This document shows, one piece after another, positions 38,466 through 49,495 of a stretch of 64,000 nt of DNA; the stretch's first letter is position 1, and each line of letters opens with the position of its first letter. The notes below the pieces were generated by a model. The model was not told the DNA's origin, made no database searches, and saw nothing but the letters and a program-made list of their open reading frames with translations. The DNA lies in NCBI GenBank assembly GCA_050298595.1, contig JBNKUM010000075.1, positions 1 to 64,000 of the forward strand, given 5' to 3'. This DNA comes from Gammaproteobacteria bacterium (GTDB lineage Bacteria > Pseudomonadota > Gammaproteobacteria > GCA-001735895). Position numbers and translations under genes: made by a program.

Positions 38466-39974
38466 TTAGCGCTGTAACAGTGGAATGCGGCGATAATTGA
38501 TGGCTTCGCTGATGCATTCCGTGGATATATGCTCCAGTTCTGTCAGGTCTGCAATCGTGCGTGCCAGTTTTAGCAGACGATGATAGCTGCGAGCAGAAAG
38601 CTTTAGTTTATCGACAGCCTGCGAAAGCAGGGCTTGAGAAGCCTGATCAGGTGTGCAATGATGCTCTATCTGCTGGTTATTCAGCTGCGAGTTCAGACAG
38701 TTCTGGCGCTTGAGTTGTCGCTTTCTGGCCTGAATGACTCGGTAGCGAACCTGTTGACTGGTTTCCTGAGACTGTACTTTCTGGTGCAATAATTCAGTGT
38801 TTTTCAGTCTTGGTAATTCGATCTGAATATCAATGCGATCCAGGAAGGGGGCAGAGAGCCGGTTTTTATATCTTGAAAGTTGCTCGGCGCTACAGCTGCA
38901 TTGCTGAATCGAGTCACAGCCGCCGGGGCAGGGGTTCATTGCTGCTACCAACTGGAATCCGGCAGGGTAACTGACCTGGCGAGAAGCACGCGAGATGTGA
39001 ATTTGTCCGGTTTCCAGTGGCTCTCTAAGAACTTCAATAGATTTGCGATCAAACTCAGTAAGCTCATCGAGAAAAAGAACGCCATTATGCGCTAATGATA
39101 TTTCTCCAGGTTTCGGATTCGAGCCTCCGCCGACTAGTGCGATACCTGAAACGGTATGATGAGGTGAGCGGAATGGGCGTATTTTCCATTGTTCCAGATC
39201 CAGCCCCTGGTCATTGCTGATCGAATGTATACTTAAGGTTTGTAGTGCATCATCCTGATTCATGTCCGGTAGCAGAGTATTCAGACGCTGCGCAAGCATA
39301 CTTTTACCAGTACCCGGTGGACCCATCATAAGTAAATGATGACCTCCGGCTGCAGCTATCTCGAGTGCGCGCTTGGCCTGTGATTGTCCGATGACTTCGG
39401 AGATGTCCTGCCCATAGAAAACACTGTGACCAGTGTCGATTTCCGGGGGGCTAGGTAATACCTGGCCTCCGTTTAATGCGCTGCAAACCTGTGCCAGTGT
39501 TGAAGCCAGACGAGCATCGATATTTGGCAGGATAGAGGCTTCAGTGGCGTTATCTTCAGGCAGGATGACCTTGTTACCTGCTTTTTCAGTTTGTATCAGC
39601 GCAGGGATTAATCCATTAACACGTCTCAATTCGCCGCTTAAAGCCAGCTCTCCATATAGTTCGTATTGATTGATGTGTTGAGTATTGACCTGTTCTGATG
39701 ATGCAAGAATACCCAACGCAATGGCGAGGTCGTAGCGACCGCCTTCTTTAGGTAAGTCGGCTGGAGCAAGGTTGACGGTGATCTTGCGTGCAGGGAATTG
39801 AAATCCTGAATTGATGATGGCACTACGTACACGATCACGGCTTTCTCTCACCGCCGCTTCCGGCAGGCCAACTATAGAAAAACAGGGCAGTCCATTCGAG
39901 ATATGGACCTCAACACTAACGGCTGGTGCATGAATGCCTTCTTGCGCCCGGGTAACTAACTGGGTAAGTGCCAT
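38466..39974 (-). CDS. comM: ComM/YifB Mg-chelatase-like AAA+ ATPase
   Basis: VGLPEAAVRESRDRV, NLAPADL, GPPGTGKS, GEISLAH and AMNPCP motifs. Confidence 0.95.
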   Translation of the reverse strand: MALTQLVTRAQEGIHAPAVSVEVHISNGLPCFSIVGLPEAAVRESRDRVRSAIINSGFQFPARKITVNLAPADLPKEGGRYDLAIALGILASSEQVNTQHINQYELYGELALSGELRRVNGLIPALIQTEKAGNKVILPEDNATEASILPNIDARLASTLAQVCSALNGGQVLPSPPEIDTGHSVFYGQDISEVIGQSQAKRALEIAAAGGHHLLMMGPPGTGKSMLAQRLNTLLPDMNQDDALQTLSIHSISNDQGLDLEQWKIRPFRSPHHTVSGIALVGGGSNPKPGEISLAHNGVLFLDELTEFDRKSIEVLREPLETGQIHISRASRQVSYPAGFQLVAAMNPCPGGCDSIQQCSCSAEQLSRYKNRLSAPFLDRIDIQIELPRLKNTELLHQKVQSQETSQQVRYRVIQARKRQLKRQNCLNSQLNNQQIEHHCTPDQASQALLSQAVDKLKLSARSYHRLLKLARTIADLTELEHISTECISEAINYRRIPLLQR

Positions 39975-40049
39975 AGTAATCCTTTACTCAAAAGATCGCG
40001 CAATCATAACACCCGTTGGTTAAAACATACATATCTCCTGAAGTTCAGC

Positions 40050-40289
40050 TTATTGGGGGCTGTTTAACTGTTCAATGCGCTTTTCTAACTGTTCCAGTTT
40101 TTCTCGAGTTTTGGCAAGTACTTTGGTTTGAATATCAAACTCTTCGCGACTGACGAAATCCATTTTAGTTAATTGTTGTTGTAATAATGTTTTTAGCTTG
40201 TTATCGAAATCACTTTTCACCTGTTTAATACCTGGAGGTAATAGTGCCTCAATTCTTTCTGCTAGCTGGTTGATATGGCTTGTTTGCAT
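40050..40289 (-). CDS. ubiK: Accessory factor UbiK (BMFP family)
   Basis: DFVSREEFD.Q..VL.KTREKL.QLE; typical position between comM and glnK; start ATG 40289. Confidence 0.88.
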   Translation of the reverse strand: MQTSHINQLAERIEALLPPGIKQVKSDFDNKLKTLLQQQLTKMDFVSREEFDIQTKVLAKTREKLEQLEKRIEQLNSPQ

Positions 40290-40292
40290 GAT

Positions 40293-40450
40293 TGCCCCAA
40301 TAGTGTGCGATTGAAAAAATACATGCACTAGATAAGTGCTCTCGCCCCTAAATCGTGCGCGCTATTATTACATTTTTTGTTAAATTTGTCTCTATTTGCT
40401 GGTAAGTAGCTGATTTTACAGGGTTGGTTTTATGTTGGTCGATTAATTGC
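40293..40450 (+). promoter_or_regulatory. NtrC enhancer sites and sigma54 promoter of glnK-amtB
   Basis: tgccccaatagtgtgcg (40293-40309) and tgcactagataagtgct (40324-40340), 31 bp apart; tGG-tcgattaatt-GC at 40436-40450. Confidence 0.8.
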
Positions 40451-40457
40451 TTTGTAG

Positions 40458-40826
<369 letters not shown>

Positions 40827-40835
40827 GAGGACATC

Positions 40836-42104
40836 ATGGAAAATAATATTTTTGAGTTACAGTACGCGATAGACACTTTTTACTTTCTGGTGATGGGCGC
40901 ACTTGTTATGTGGATGGCAGCTGGTTTTGCCATGTTAGAAGCCGGACTGGTTCGTGCAAAAAATACTACTGAAATCCTGACAAAAAATGTGGTTCTTTTC
41001 GCCATTGCCTGTACTGCTTATATGGTGATTGGTTATGCCATTATGTACGGTGGTGAATACTTCCTTTCGGGAATCGGTGATGTGGATGCAGATGCGGTAT
41101 TGAAAGATTTTGCTGCTCGTGAAGATGGATTCCGTGGTGGTTCTATCTATTCAGGTGCTTCAGATTTCTTCTTCCAGGTGGTGTTCGTTGCAACAGCGAT
41201 GTCTATCGTTTCTGGTGCGGTCGCTGAGCGCATGAAGCTTTGGGCATTTATGCTGTTTGCAGTTGTGATGACTGCTTTTATCTACCCTGTAGAAGGTTCA
41301 TGGACCTGGGGTTCAGAAGGGTTTCTCGGTCTCAATCTGGATGACCAGTTTGGTTTTTCTGACTTTGCTGGATCCGGTATCGTACATATGGCCGGTGCTG
41401 CAGCAGCTTTAGCGGGTGTGTTATTACTGGGTGCTCGTAAAGGGAAGTATGGTGAAAACGGTCAGGTGAATGCATTCCCTGGTGCTAACCTGCCTTTAGC
41501 TACCCTGGGTACATTCATTCTGTGGTTAGGCTGGTTCGGTTTCAACGGTGGTTCAGTACTTAAATTGGGTGACATTGGCAACGCAAATGCTGTAGCCATG
41601 GTATTCCTGAATACCAATGCTGCTGCAGCTGGTGGTGTTATTGCTGCTCTTGTCGTTGCCAAGATTCTGTTTGGCAAGGCTGACCTGACCATGGCATTAA
41701 ACGGTGCTCTGGCTGGTCTGGTAGCTATTACTGCTGAGCCTTCAACCCCTGGCGCGCTGGCAGCTACCTTGATCGGTGCTTTCGGTGGTGCTCTGGTTGT
41801 TTTCTCAATCATTACTCTGGATAAGCTGAAAATTGATGACCCTGTTGGTGCGATCTCTGTACACGGTGTTGTTGGTTTCTGGGGCGTGATGGCGGTTCCC
41901 CTAACTAATGATGGCACTTCTTTTGGTGGACAATTAGTTGGTGCGGCAGCAATCTTTGGCTGGGTGTTTGTGAGCAGCCTGGTAGTCTGGTTCATCATCA
42001 AGATGATTATGGGGCTACGTGTTACTGAAGAAGAAGAATACGAAGGTGTCGATCTCGCTGAATGCGGTATGGAAGCCTATCCTGAGTTCACTGGCGGTAA
42101 ATAA
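40836..42104 (+). CDS. amtB: Ammonium transporter
   Basis: SGAVAER, DFAGSGIVH, LWLGWFGFNGGS and DDPVGAISVH motifs. Confidence 0.97.
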   Translation: MENNIFELQYAIDTFYFLVMGALVMWMAAGFAMLEAGLVRAKNTTEILTKNVVLFAIACTAYMVIGYAIMYGGEYFLSGIGDVDADAVLKDFAAREDGFRGGSIYSGASDFFFQVVFVATAMSIVSGAVAERMKLWAFMLFAVVMTAFIYPVEGSWTWGSEGFLGLNLDDQFGFSDFAGSGIVHMAGAAAALAGVLLLGARKGKYGENGQVNAFPGANLPLATLGTFILWLGWFGFNGGSVLKLGDIGNANAVAMVFLNTNAAAAGGVIAALVVAKILFGKADLTMALNGALAGLVAITAEPSTPGALAATLIGAFGGALVVFSIITLDKLKIDDPVGAISVHGVVGFWGVMAVPLTNDGTSFGGQLVGAAAIFGWVFVSSLVVWFIIKMIMGLRVTEEEEYEGVDLAECGMEAYPEFTGGK

Positions 42105-42125
42105 TTAACCTCCTTTGTATTTATT

Positions 42126-42152
42126 GCGGGTGCTTTTAGCGCCCGCTTTTTT
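42126..42152 (+). terminator. Intrinsic terminator after amtB
   Basis: gcgggtgct-ttt-agcgcccgc followed by a T-tract. Confidence 0.88.
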
Positions 42153-42352
42153 ATGTACAGGATGTACGGGCAGATTTTTGCTCGGCTCTGGCTTCCTCGG
42201 CCCAGGCATCCTGCTTCGCCCTACCTCCTCCTTCCATGGAGTCGTGCTTCGCTCTACCATCTAAATCCCTTTAGGTGTCCTCGGCAATTGCTTATATAGC
42301 CTTGTCAGCACAGCTTTGCTATGATGCCGGCCTTTCTCTAGGGGTACTGTAA

Positions 42353-42745
42353 ATGCGTATAGTCTCTTCTTTTATTGGTTTTGCGCTGGCGATTGCGATC
42401 AGTATCTTCATTTTTGCCCCTGATCGTTTACCGGTGGGTTACGGATTTAAACCCGTACCAGTTGAGCTGGTGGTTGAAAATAATCTGGCGAGCCAACTGG
42501 TTGAGACGGTTACCGGTAAAAGTGCTAAGAATCTGGTGATAACAAATACATCGGATGCACCTATCTACAATCTAACCTTGACCTTGATGGATGAAAATAA
42601 GCAGATAAAGCATCAGCATATTAGCGCATTGTTGCCTGCTGCCCAGAAAGTGACTCTGGGTTGGGCTAATAAATGGTCTGTACAGGCCGGTGATCAATTA
42701 GAAGTAAAGGCATCAGCCTATTATCAGGTGGTTTGGGCGTTATGA
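42353..42745 (+). CDS. Hypothetical membrane-anchored protein
   Basis: N-terminal TM, beta-rich-looking body; ATGA coupling to next gene. Confidence 0.7.
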   Translation: MRIVSSFIGFALAIAISIFIFAPDRLPVGYGFKPVPVELVVENNLASQLVETVTGKSAKNLVITNTSDAPIYNLTLTLMDENKQIKHQHISALLPAAQKVTLGWANKWSVQAGDQLEVKASAYYQVVWAL

Positions 42746-43023
42746 GTAAAGCCATACATTGTTATATCTATCGTAGTGAGCGCAAGGCAGATACCTATCT
42801 ATACCTACGTGAAAAAGATGACTTTTCTGAGATTCCAGTTGAGTTAATGAGAGTATTTGGCGAAGCTGAATTCAGCTTTGAGTTTGATTTAACACCAGAT
42901 CGCCAACTGGCTAAAGAAAACCCGGGAGAGGTTTATAACAACCTTAAGCAGCAGGGCTACCATTTGCAGATGGCATCAGATCTATTGATAGAACAGCAAC
43001 TGGCACTGAAAGGGCTGAATTAG
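42742..43023 (+). CDS. ycgL: YcgL domain protein
   Basis: CYIYRS.RK.DTYLY, P.EL...FG and QGYHLQM motifs. Confidence 0.9.
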   Translation: MSKAIHCYIYRSERKADTYLYLREKDDFSEIPVELMRVFGEAEFSFEFDLTPDRQLAKENPGEVYNNLKQQGYHLQMASDLLIEQQLALKGLN

Positions 43024-43266
43024 TAGCTAAATAAATAGGGATTTCTAAGTGGGGTTGGTCAGTAAAACAATAAATTTGAAAAATCCTTGGGCATAGAGAT
43101 ATCGAGTTTCCGCAATTTTTCCCAACCTTTTATCAGTTTATCGAAATAATTTGCAATAAAAAGCCCCGCTTTTTGCATCACTTTTACCAATATTTAAATA
43201 TCTCATATATAATCCGGCCTCCTTATTCATTAGCAGTTATTAATACACTGAAATCCAGAGATTTCC

Positions 43267-45078
43267 ATGATCGAAAAATTACGAAATATTGCCATTATTG
43301 CCCATGTTGACCATGGGAAGACGACCCTGGTAGATAAACTGCTGGAACAATCCGGAACCTTTGACGCTCGTGCCCAGATGGGTGAACGCGTGATGGACAG
43401 TAATGAACTGGAACAGGAACGTGGTATCACCATCCTGTCGAAGAATACTGCACTACGCTGGAATGATTATCGCATCAATATTGTAGATACCCCCGGACAC
43501 GCGGATTTTGGCGGCGAGGTCGAGCGCGTTATGTCTATGGTAGATAGCGTGTTATTGCTGGTAGATGCGGTTGATGGCCCCATGCCTCAAACTCGTTTTG
43601 TAACGCAAAAAGCGCTGCAGCAAGGCTTAAAGCCGATTGTGGTTATCAATAAGATAGACCGTCCCAGTAGCCGCCCTGATTGGGTTGTTGATCAAACCTT
43701 TGATCTATTTGATCGACTCGGCGCTACTGATGAGCAGATGGATTTCCAGGTCGTTTACGCCTCTGCGCTACAGGGATTTTCAACGCTGGATCATGAAAAA
43801 CCGGGTACCGATATGACGGCCCTTTTTCAGACTATCGTGGACAAGGTTCCGCCGCCAGATGTGGACATGGATGGTCCCTTCCAGATGCAGGTTAGTTCAC
43901 TGGATTACAATAGTTATGTGGGCGTCATTGGTATCGGTCGTATTAAGCGAGGTAGAGTGAAGACCAATGCCCAGGTTGTTTTGATTAACCCTGAAGGAGA
44001 AACCCGTAAAGCCAAGATTTTACAGGTGCTGGGATTCAATGGCCTGGAGAGAATAGAGGTACCTGAAGCTGAAGCGGGCGATATTATTGCTTTTACTGGT
44101 ATTTCTGGATTACAGATCTCAGATACGCTTTGCGACCCGGAACATGTTGAAGCCTTGCCAGCGCTGACGGTCGATGAACCTACGGTAACCATGAACTTCC
44201 AGGTGAACACTTCCCCATTCGCGGGCAAGGATGGTAAGTATGTGACCTCCAGGCAGATCTATGAGCGTTTACAGAAAGAACTGGAGCACAATGTTGCTTT
44301 GCGCGTAGAAACTACTGACAATCCTGATCGCTTCAAGGTTTCCGGGCGCGGAGAGTTGCATCTTGCGATATTAATAGAAACCATGCGTCGTGAAGGTTAT
44401 GAGCTTGCTGTTTCCCGACCAGAAGTTATTAATAGAGAAGTGGATGGTGTCATTATGGAGCCTTTCGAATCGGTAACTATCGATGTTGAGTCGCAGCACC
44501 AGGGCACTATCATGGAAACCTTTGGTAATCGTGGTGGCGAAATAGTCGATATGGTTCCCGATGGTCAGGGGCGTATTCGCCTGGATTATAAGATTCCTGC
44601 CAGAGGTCTGATCGGATTTCGCAATGAATTCCTCACAGCAACTCAGGGTACTGGTTTGATGTATAGTATTTTTGATAGCTATGGTCCGGTTAAAAAGACC
44701 GATTCAGTGACCAGGAATAATGGTGTCATGATATCTAATGGTCAGGGAAAAGCTTTGGGGTACGCACTGTTTAACCTGCAGGAACGTGGTAAATTATTTA
44801 TTGGTCATGGCGAAGAAGTTTACGAAGGCATGCTAATAGGTATACATAGTCGCGCCAATGATCTTACCGTAAACCCTTTGAAGGCCAAGCAGCTTACTAA
44901 TATTCGTGCAGCCGGTACCGATGAAAATCTGGTATTAGTGACACCGATTAAAATGACTCTGGAACAGGCGCTTGAATTTATTGATGACGATGAACTGGTC
45001 GAAGTTACCCCGACATCAATTCGTCTACGTAAAAAACACCTTACAGAAAATGAAAGGAAGCGCGCTTCACGAGGCTAA
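43267..45078 (+). CDS. typA: Translational GTPase TypA/BipA
   Basis: [34 protein letters not shown] and VEVTP motifs. Confidence 0.98.
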   Translation: MIEKLRNIAIIAHVDHGKTTLVDKLLEQSGTFDARAQMGERVMDSNELEQERGITILSKNTALRWNDYRINIVDTPGHADFGGEVERVMSMVDSVLLLVDAVDGPMPQTRFVTQKALQQGLKPIVVINKIDRPSSRPDWVVDQTFDLFDRLGATDEQMDFQVVYASALQGFSTLDHEKPGTDMTALFQTIVDKVPPPDVDMDGPFQMQVSSLDYNSYVGVIGIGRIKRGRVKTNAQVVLINPEGETRKAKILQVLGFNGLERIEVPEAEAGDIIAFTGISGLQISDTLCDPEHVEALPALTVDEPTVTMNFQVNTSPFAGKDGKYVTSRQIYERLQKELEHNVALRVETTDNPDRFKVSGRGELHLAILIETMRREGYELAVSRPEVINREVDGVIMEPFESVTIDVESQHQGTIMETFGNRGGEIVDMVPDGQGRIRLDYKIPARGLIGFRNEFLTATQGTGLMYSIFDSYGPVKKTDSVTRNNGVMISNGQGKALGYALFNLQERGKLFIGHGEEVYEGMLIGIHSRANDLTVNPLKAKQLTNIRAAGTDENLVLVTPIKMTLEQALEFIDDDELVEVTPTSIRLRKKHLTENERKRASRG

Positions 45079-45161
45079 TAAAGAGGATGATTTTATCAAT
45101 CAAAGCGTACACAATAGTACGCCTTGGTTGATTAATTGGAAGGTAGCAATGGTGTCAAATA

Positions 45162-46271
45162 ATGCCTGAGATGATCGGTACCCCTTCAATTCTGCTGGTA
45201 ACCGGGTCTACTCAAACAACGCGTTCTATTGATAAACTGTTGTCATCGCAGTTTAATGTTTTGCATGCTGAAGATGGCAAAAAGGCCTGGGAGATTTTAC
45301 AGGACAAGCCTTCTATCGGTGTGCTCATCTGTGCGCTGAAAAAATCTGTTGATAAATCAGCCTTGCTGGAAAGAATTCGTCACGCAAATAATAAGTTATT
45401 GAGAGCTTTACCAGTATTGTTGCTGGTAGGCGAAACTGATACAGAAGACCTGCGGGACCAGGCTTTTTCAGTCGGAGCAACAGACTTTATCAATATGCCG
45501 TTTTCCAGTATTGAACTGAAAACTCGCGTTCGATTACATGCTCAACTTTATAGTATCTACAGCCAGAACCAGCAAGAGGAAGAGCTGGAAGAAGGTGTTG
45601 ATATTGATCTGTTAAATACCCTGATGCAACAGAAGGTATTTCTTACCCGCTTACAGCAGGAGATGTCTTTTTCGATACGCCATAAATCCTATATCAGTGT
45701 ATGTCTGCTCAAGATTGATAGCGCTGATGAGCTGAGTGATGAATATGGTAAAGACGTATTTACTGCAATCCTAAGAGCACAGGCCAATAATATAGAAAAG
45801 CAAATCCGCAAAGAAGACAGTTTTGCCTATATGGGGGATGCTACTTTTGCAATTCTGTTACCAGTCACTAATGGAATGGGCGCTAATGTGGCAGTTAACC
45901 GTATCATGGAAAAGCTAAAAAGAATGAATCTGAAGCATGAAGGAGTGTCCATCGTTTCAACTCATAGTGCCGGGTTATACTCCTTTCTGCCCGAGGAAAG
46001 CATGACAACAGATGACATCATGCAAACTCTTGAGAAGCGATTATTAACGGCAGAACAAAAAGGTCCTGGTCAGTTAGTGAGTAGTAAAAGCGAAGTAGAA
46101 GGAGCTAAAATCAGTGTGGAGCAGGCGCTTAACAAGATTCATTACGGGCATACCGATGATTTGGGCAGGTATTTACCCGATTTACTTGAAACACTAAAAC
46201 CTTTACTCAGGTTTGCTCATCAACAGAATGCAATTGATTTGCAGGATCTTATCGAAACTCTTGATGACTAG
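45162..46271 (+). CDS. REC-GGDEF-like protein, both domains degenerate
   Basis: REC fold (GATDFINMPF) without the phospho-Asp; GGDEF site reads YMGDATF. Confidence 0.75.
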   Translation: MPEMIGTPSILLVTGSTQTTRSIDKLLSSQFNVLHAEDGKKAWEILQDKPSIGVLICALKKSVDKSALLERIRHANNKLLRALPVLLLVGETDTEDLRDQAFSVGATDFINMPFSSIELKTRVRLHAQLYSIYSQNQQEEELEEGVDIDLLNTLMQQKVFLTRLQQEMSFSIRHKSYISVCLLKIDSADELSDEYGKDVFTAILRAQANNIEKQIRKEDSFAYMGDATFAILLPVTNGMGANVAVNRIMEKLKRMNLKHEGVSIVSTHSAGLYSFLPEESMTTDDIMQTLEKRLLTAEQKGPGQLVSSKSEVEGAKISVEQALNKIHYGHTDDLGRYLPDLLETLKPLLRFAHQQNAIDLQDLIETLDD

Positions 46272-46276
46272 CCATT

Positions 46277-46801
46277 ATGCAGGCAGAAGCTAGTAGAAAC
46301 CGTTTGCTAAGTTGGCTGCGCACTCTATTTATCTATTCACTCATCTTTATTGTAAGCAGTTTTATCGGAAACCTCTGGTTAACCCGAAATCAGGCAAAGG
46401 ATGCAGCACCTCAAATTGTTGGGCAAGATTTAGAAGGTAATGAGCTACAGATAAAATTCAGTCAGTATGATAAGCCTGCAATTCTGTATTTTTTTGCCGA
46501 CTGGTGCCCTATCTGTAAATTTCAGCACCCAGTAATCAGTGCTCTTGCTGCAGATTATCCGGTTATTGCGATAGCAATGCAGTCAGGTAATAACCTGCAA
46601 CTCAAACAATATATCCAGCAACAGGAAGTATCTTTACCTGTGATCAATGATAGCGACGGTAGAATCAGTGCAGCATTCGGTGTACAGGGTGTTCCAGCAG
46701 TTTTTATTATTCAGCAAGATGATACTATTGCCTATAGTACACGAGGTTATAGCAGTGAAATAGGTCTGCTTATTCGCCTGTGGCTTGCTCAAATAGAATA
46801 G
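46277..46801 (+). CDS. Membrane-anchored thioredoxin-like (TlpA/ScsD-like) protein
   Basis: TM segment, WCPIC and cis-Pro motif GVP. Confidence 0.88.
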   Translation: MQAEASRNRLLSWLRTLFIYSLIFIVSSFIGNLWLTRNQAKDAAPQIVGQDLEGNELQIKFSQYDKPAILYFFADWCPICKFQHPVISALAADYPVIAIAMQSGNNLQLKQYIQQQEVSLPVINDSDGRISAAFGVQGVPAVFIIQQDDTIAYSTRGYSSEIGLLIRLWLAQIE

Positions 46802-46951
46802 TTTCAGGTTTAAATCAAATCATACTATTTGAGCATAGAATAGAGGCTTGTAAAGCCTTCATTAAGCCATAAAAGTTGTATATTGAAACTATTTGCGTTA
46901 TAGATAGGTTCCTATCAACCTGTTGGCAGTAATTTTGAGGAGAGCATCGTA

Positions 46952-49405
46952 ATGAATACCCTGATATTTATTGGCGGATTACTCGCCCTGATATACGCCA
47001 CTACACGCATCTCTTTGCCGTTCAGGCATTGGTCTTTGATCGGTATTGCCGCGTTGACACTGTTCACTTTTAATAACGGTTTTAGTCTGACATGGGGCTT
47101 GATAATCTGGACCCTGTTGTTGATTCCTTTAGTGTTTCTGGGTATCGAGAGCCTGCGCATGCGGCTGTTATCCGTTCCCTTGTTAAATCGAATTAGAAAG
47201 ATACTGCCGCCGATGTCTGAAACCGAGCGAGATGCTATCGAATCCGGTACGGTCTGGTGGGAAGCAGAATTATTCCGTGGCAATCCAGACTGGGACAAGC
47301 TGCTTAAATACAAAAAACCAGTTCTTAGTCAGCGCGAACAGGAGTTTCTAGACGGTCCCGTTGAAGAACTTTGCGCAATGATCGATGACTGGGATATCAC
47401 ACATAATCGAAATGATCTGCCTCCAGAAGTATGGGACTTTCTTAAACAGAAAGGATTCTTTGGCATGATCATTCCGCGTAAATATGGCGGCCTTGAATTC
47501 TCTGCGCATGCGCACTCAGCAGTTGTAATGAAGATTTCTTCACGCAGTATTTCTGTGGGGGTGACAGCCATGGTGCCGAATTCGCTAGGACCTGCAGAAC
47601 TGTTACAGCATTACGGAACCGAAGAGCAGAAAGAATACTACCTGCCACGCCTGGCGGATGGTCGAGAAATCCCCTGTTTTGCCTTAAGCGGGCCATCTGC
47701 CGGCTCAGATGCTGGATCAATACCAGATGCTGGGATAGTGTGCGAAGGGGAGTTTGAAGGTGAAACCGTTGTGGGTCTGCGCATCAATTGGGAGAAAAGA
47801 TACATAACGCTGGGGCCGGTTGCGACAGTGCTAGGGCTGGCTTTTAAGGTATATGATCCTGATGGCTTGCTGGGTGATAAGCCAGAGCTTGGCATTACCT
47901 GCGCTTTGATTCCAGTGAATACGCCAGGTATTGATATCGGCAATCGACATCTACCTCTGAGCGCGGCCTTTCAAATCGGACCGAACCGTGGCAAGGATGT
48001 ATTTATTCCAATGGATTACATCATCGGTGGTGAGAAAATGATCGGTAAGGGCTGGCGCATGCTGGTCGAGTCGCTGTCGGTTGGTCGCGGAATATCTCTA
48101 CCTGCGGTAAGTGCCGGTGCCGGTAAGATGAGTGCGCGTGTTACTGGAGCTTATGCTCGAGTTCGAAAGCAATTCAAAACCTCTATAGGTCGATTTGAAG
48201 GGGTGGAAGAAGTTTTAGCACGTATGGCTGGCATGAGTTATTTTATGGATGCGGGTCGTCTGTTAACGCTATCTGCACTGGATGCAGGTGAAAAACCCTC
48301 GGTGGTTACTGCGATGATCAAGTATCACAATACTGAACAAATGCGTCAGGTCATTAATGACTCTATGGATATTCACGGCGGTCGAGGTATCTGCCTGGGG
48401 CCAACCAATTATATTGGGCGTGGATATCAAACGCTACCTGTAGGGATTACCGTTGAAGGTGCGAATATCCTGACCCGAACCATGATTATTTTCGGACAGG
48501 GTGCAATTCGCTGTCATCCCTATCTGGTGCGAGAAATGGAAGCAGCAACCAATGAAGATCGAGCTGCAGGAGAAAAAGCATTTGATCAGGCGCTAACTGG
48601 GCACATGTCATATTTTGCATTAAACATGATGCGGGCATTTATCCTGGGTTTGAGTGGTTCACACCTCGCAGGTAGTCCGATCAAGGGGCATGTTTCTCAG
48701 TATTACAAGCGCCTGTCACAGATGAGTGCGGCCTTTGCTGTGGTGGCTGATCTGGCGCTCATGATGTTGGGTGGCAGCTTGAAGCGAAAGGAAAAGATTT
48801 CTGGTCGTTTTGCCGATGCACTGAGTTATATGTTTTATACCTCAGCAATCCTGAAAAAATTTGAAGATGATGGGCGACCCAGCGCTGATCTTCCGCTGAT
48901 GGAATATAGTGCTAAGTATAGCCTCTATCAAACTCAGAAGGCGCTCGATGAAATCCTGCGCAACTTTCCCAGTAAAGCTGTGGGATTGATTGTACGTTTG
49001 ATGATTTTCCCATTAGGTCTAAGTTTGAGATTACCAAACGACGCCCTGGGTCATCGTGCAGCATCCATATTGTTAAATCCAGGAGAGGTGAGAGATCGTT
49101 TAACCAGAGGTATATATGTCAGTCATGATGCTGAGGATATTACTGGTCGGTTAGAAGATGCGCTTGAAAAAATGATACAGGCTGAAGTCATTGAAAAAAG
49201 ATTGCGTGCAGATAACAAAGTGCAGCCAGCTCTGATGGATGATGAGAGCTGGATGAAACAATTACTGGAAGAGGGCAAGTTGACAGAGGAAGAGCTAGCA
49301 AAGCTCCAGGCGTCAGCTATTGCGACTCGCACAGTGATTATGGTGGATGAATTTACACCAGAACAGGTAACTGGCCAAAGCAAGCCGGCCAATAAAGAGG
49401 CTTAA
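46952..49405 (+). CDS. fadE: Acyl-CoA dehydrogenase
   Basis: 817 aa; VPNSLGPAELL, PCFAL, KRYITL and ITVEGANI motifs. Confidence 0.95.
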   Translation: MNTLIFIGGLLALIYATTRISLPFRHWSLIGIAALTLFTFNNGFSLTWGLIIWTLLLIPLVFLGIESLRMRLLSVPLLNRIRKILPPMSETERDAIESGTVWWEAELFRGNPDWDKLLKYKKPVLSQREQEFLDGPVEELCAMIDDWDITHNRNDLPPEVWDFLKQKGFFGMIIPRKYGGLEFSAHAHSAVVMKISSRSISVGVTAMVPNSLGPAELLQHYGTEEQKEYYLPRLADGREIPCFALSGPSAGSDAGSIPDAGIVCEGEFEGETVVGLRINWEKRYITLGPVATVLGLAFKVYDPDGLLGDKPELGITCALIPVNTPGIDIGNRHLPLSAAFQIGPNRGKDVFIPMDYIIGGEKMIGKGWRMLVESLSVGRGISLPAVSAGAGKMSARVTGAYARVRKQFKTSIGRFEGVEEVLARMAGMSYFMDAGRLLTLSALDAGEKPSVVTAMIKYHNTEQMRQVINDSMDIHGGRGICLGPTNYIGRGYQTLPVGITVEGANILTRTMIIFGQGAIRCHPYLVREMEAATNEDRAAGEKAFDQALTGHMSYFALNMMRAFILGLSGSHLAGSPIKGHVSQYYKRLSQMSAAFAVVADLALMMLGGSLKRKEKISGRFADALSYMFYTSAILKKFEDDGRPSADLPLMEYSAKYSLYQTQKALDEILRNFPSKAVGLIVRLMIFPLGLSLRLPNDALGHRAASILLNPGEVRDRLTRGIYVSHDAEDITGRLEDALEKMIQAEVIEKRLRADNKVQPALMDDESWMKQLLEEGKLTEEELAKLQASAIATRTVIMVDEFTPEQVTGQSKPANKEA

Positions 49406-49414
49406 AATGGATTT

Positions 49415-49440
49415 ACCATCCTTGCCTGCTCAAGGATGGT
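49415..49440. other. Intergenic hairpin between fadE and fadD
   Basis: accatccttg-cctgct-caaggatggt, perfect 10-bp stem. Confidence 0.7.
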
Positions 49441-49495
49441 TATTTCATGATTTTAACGATATGACTAGTTCATAATAAGTACTATTGAGGATAAT

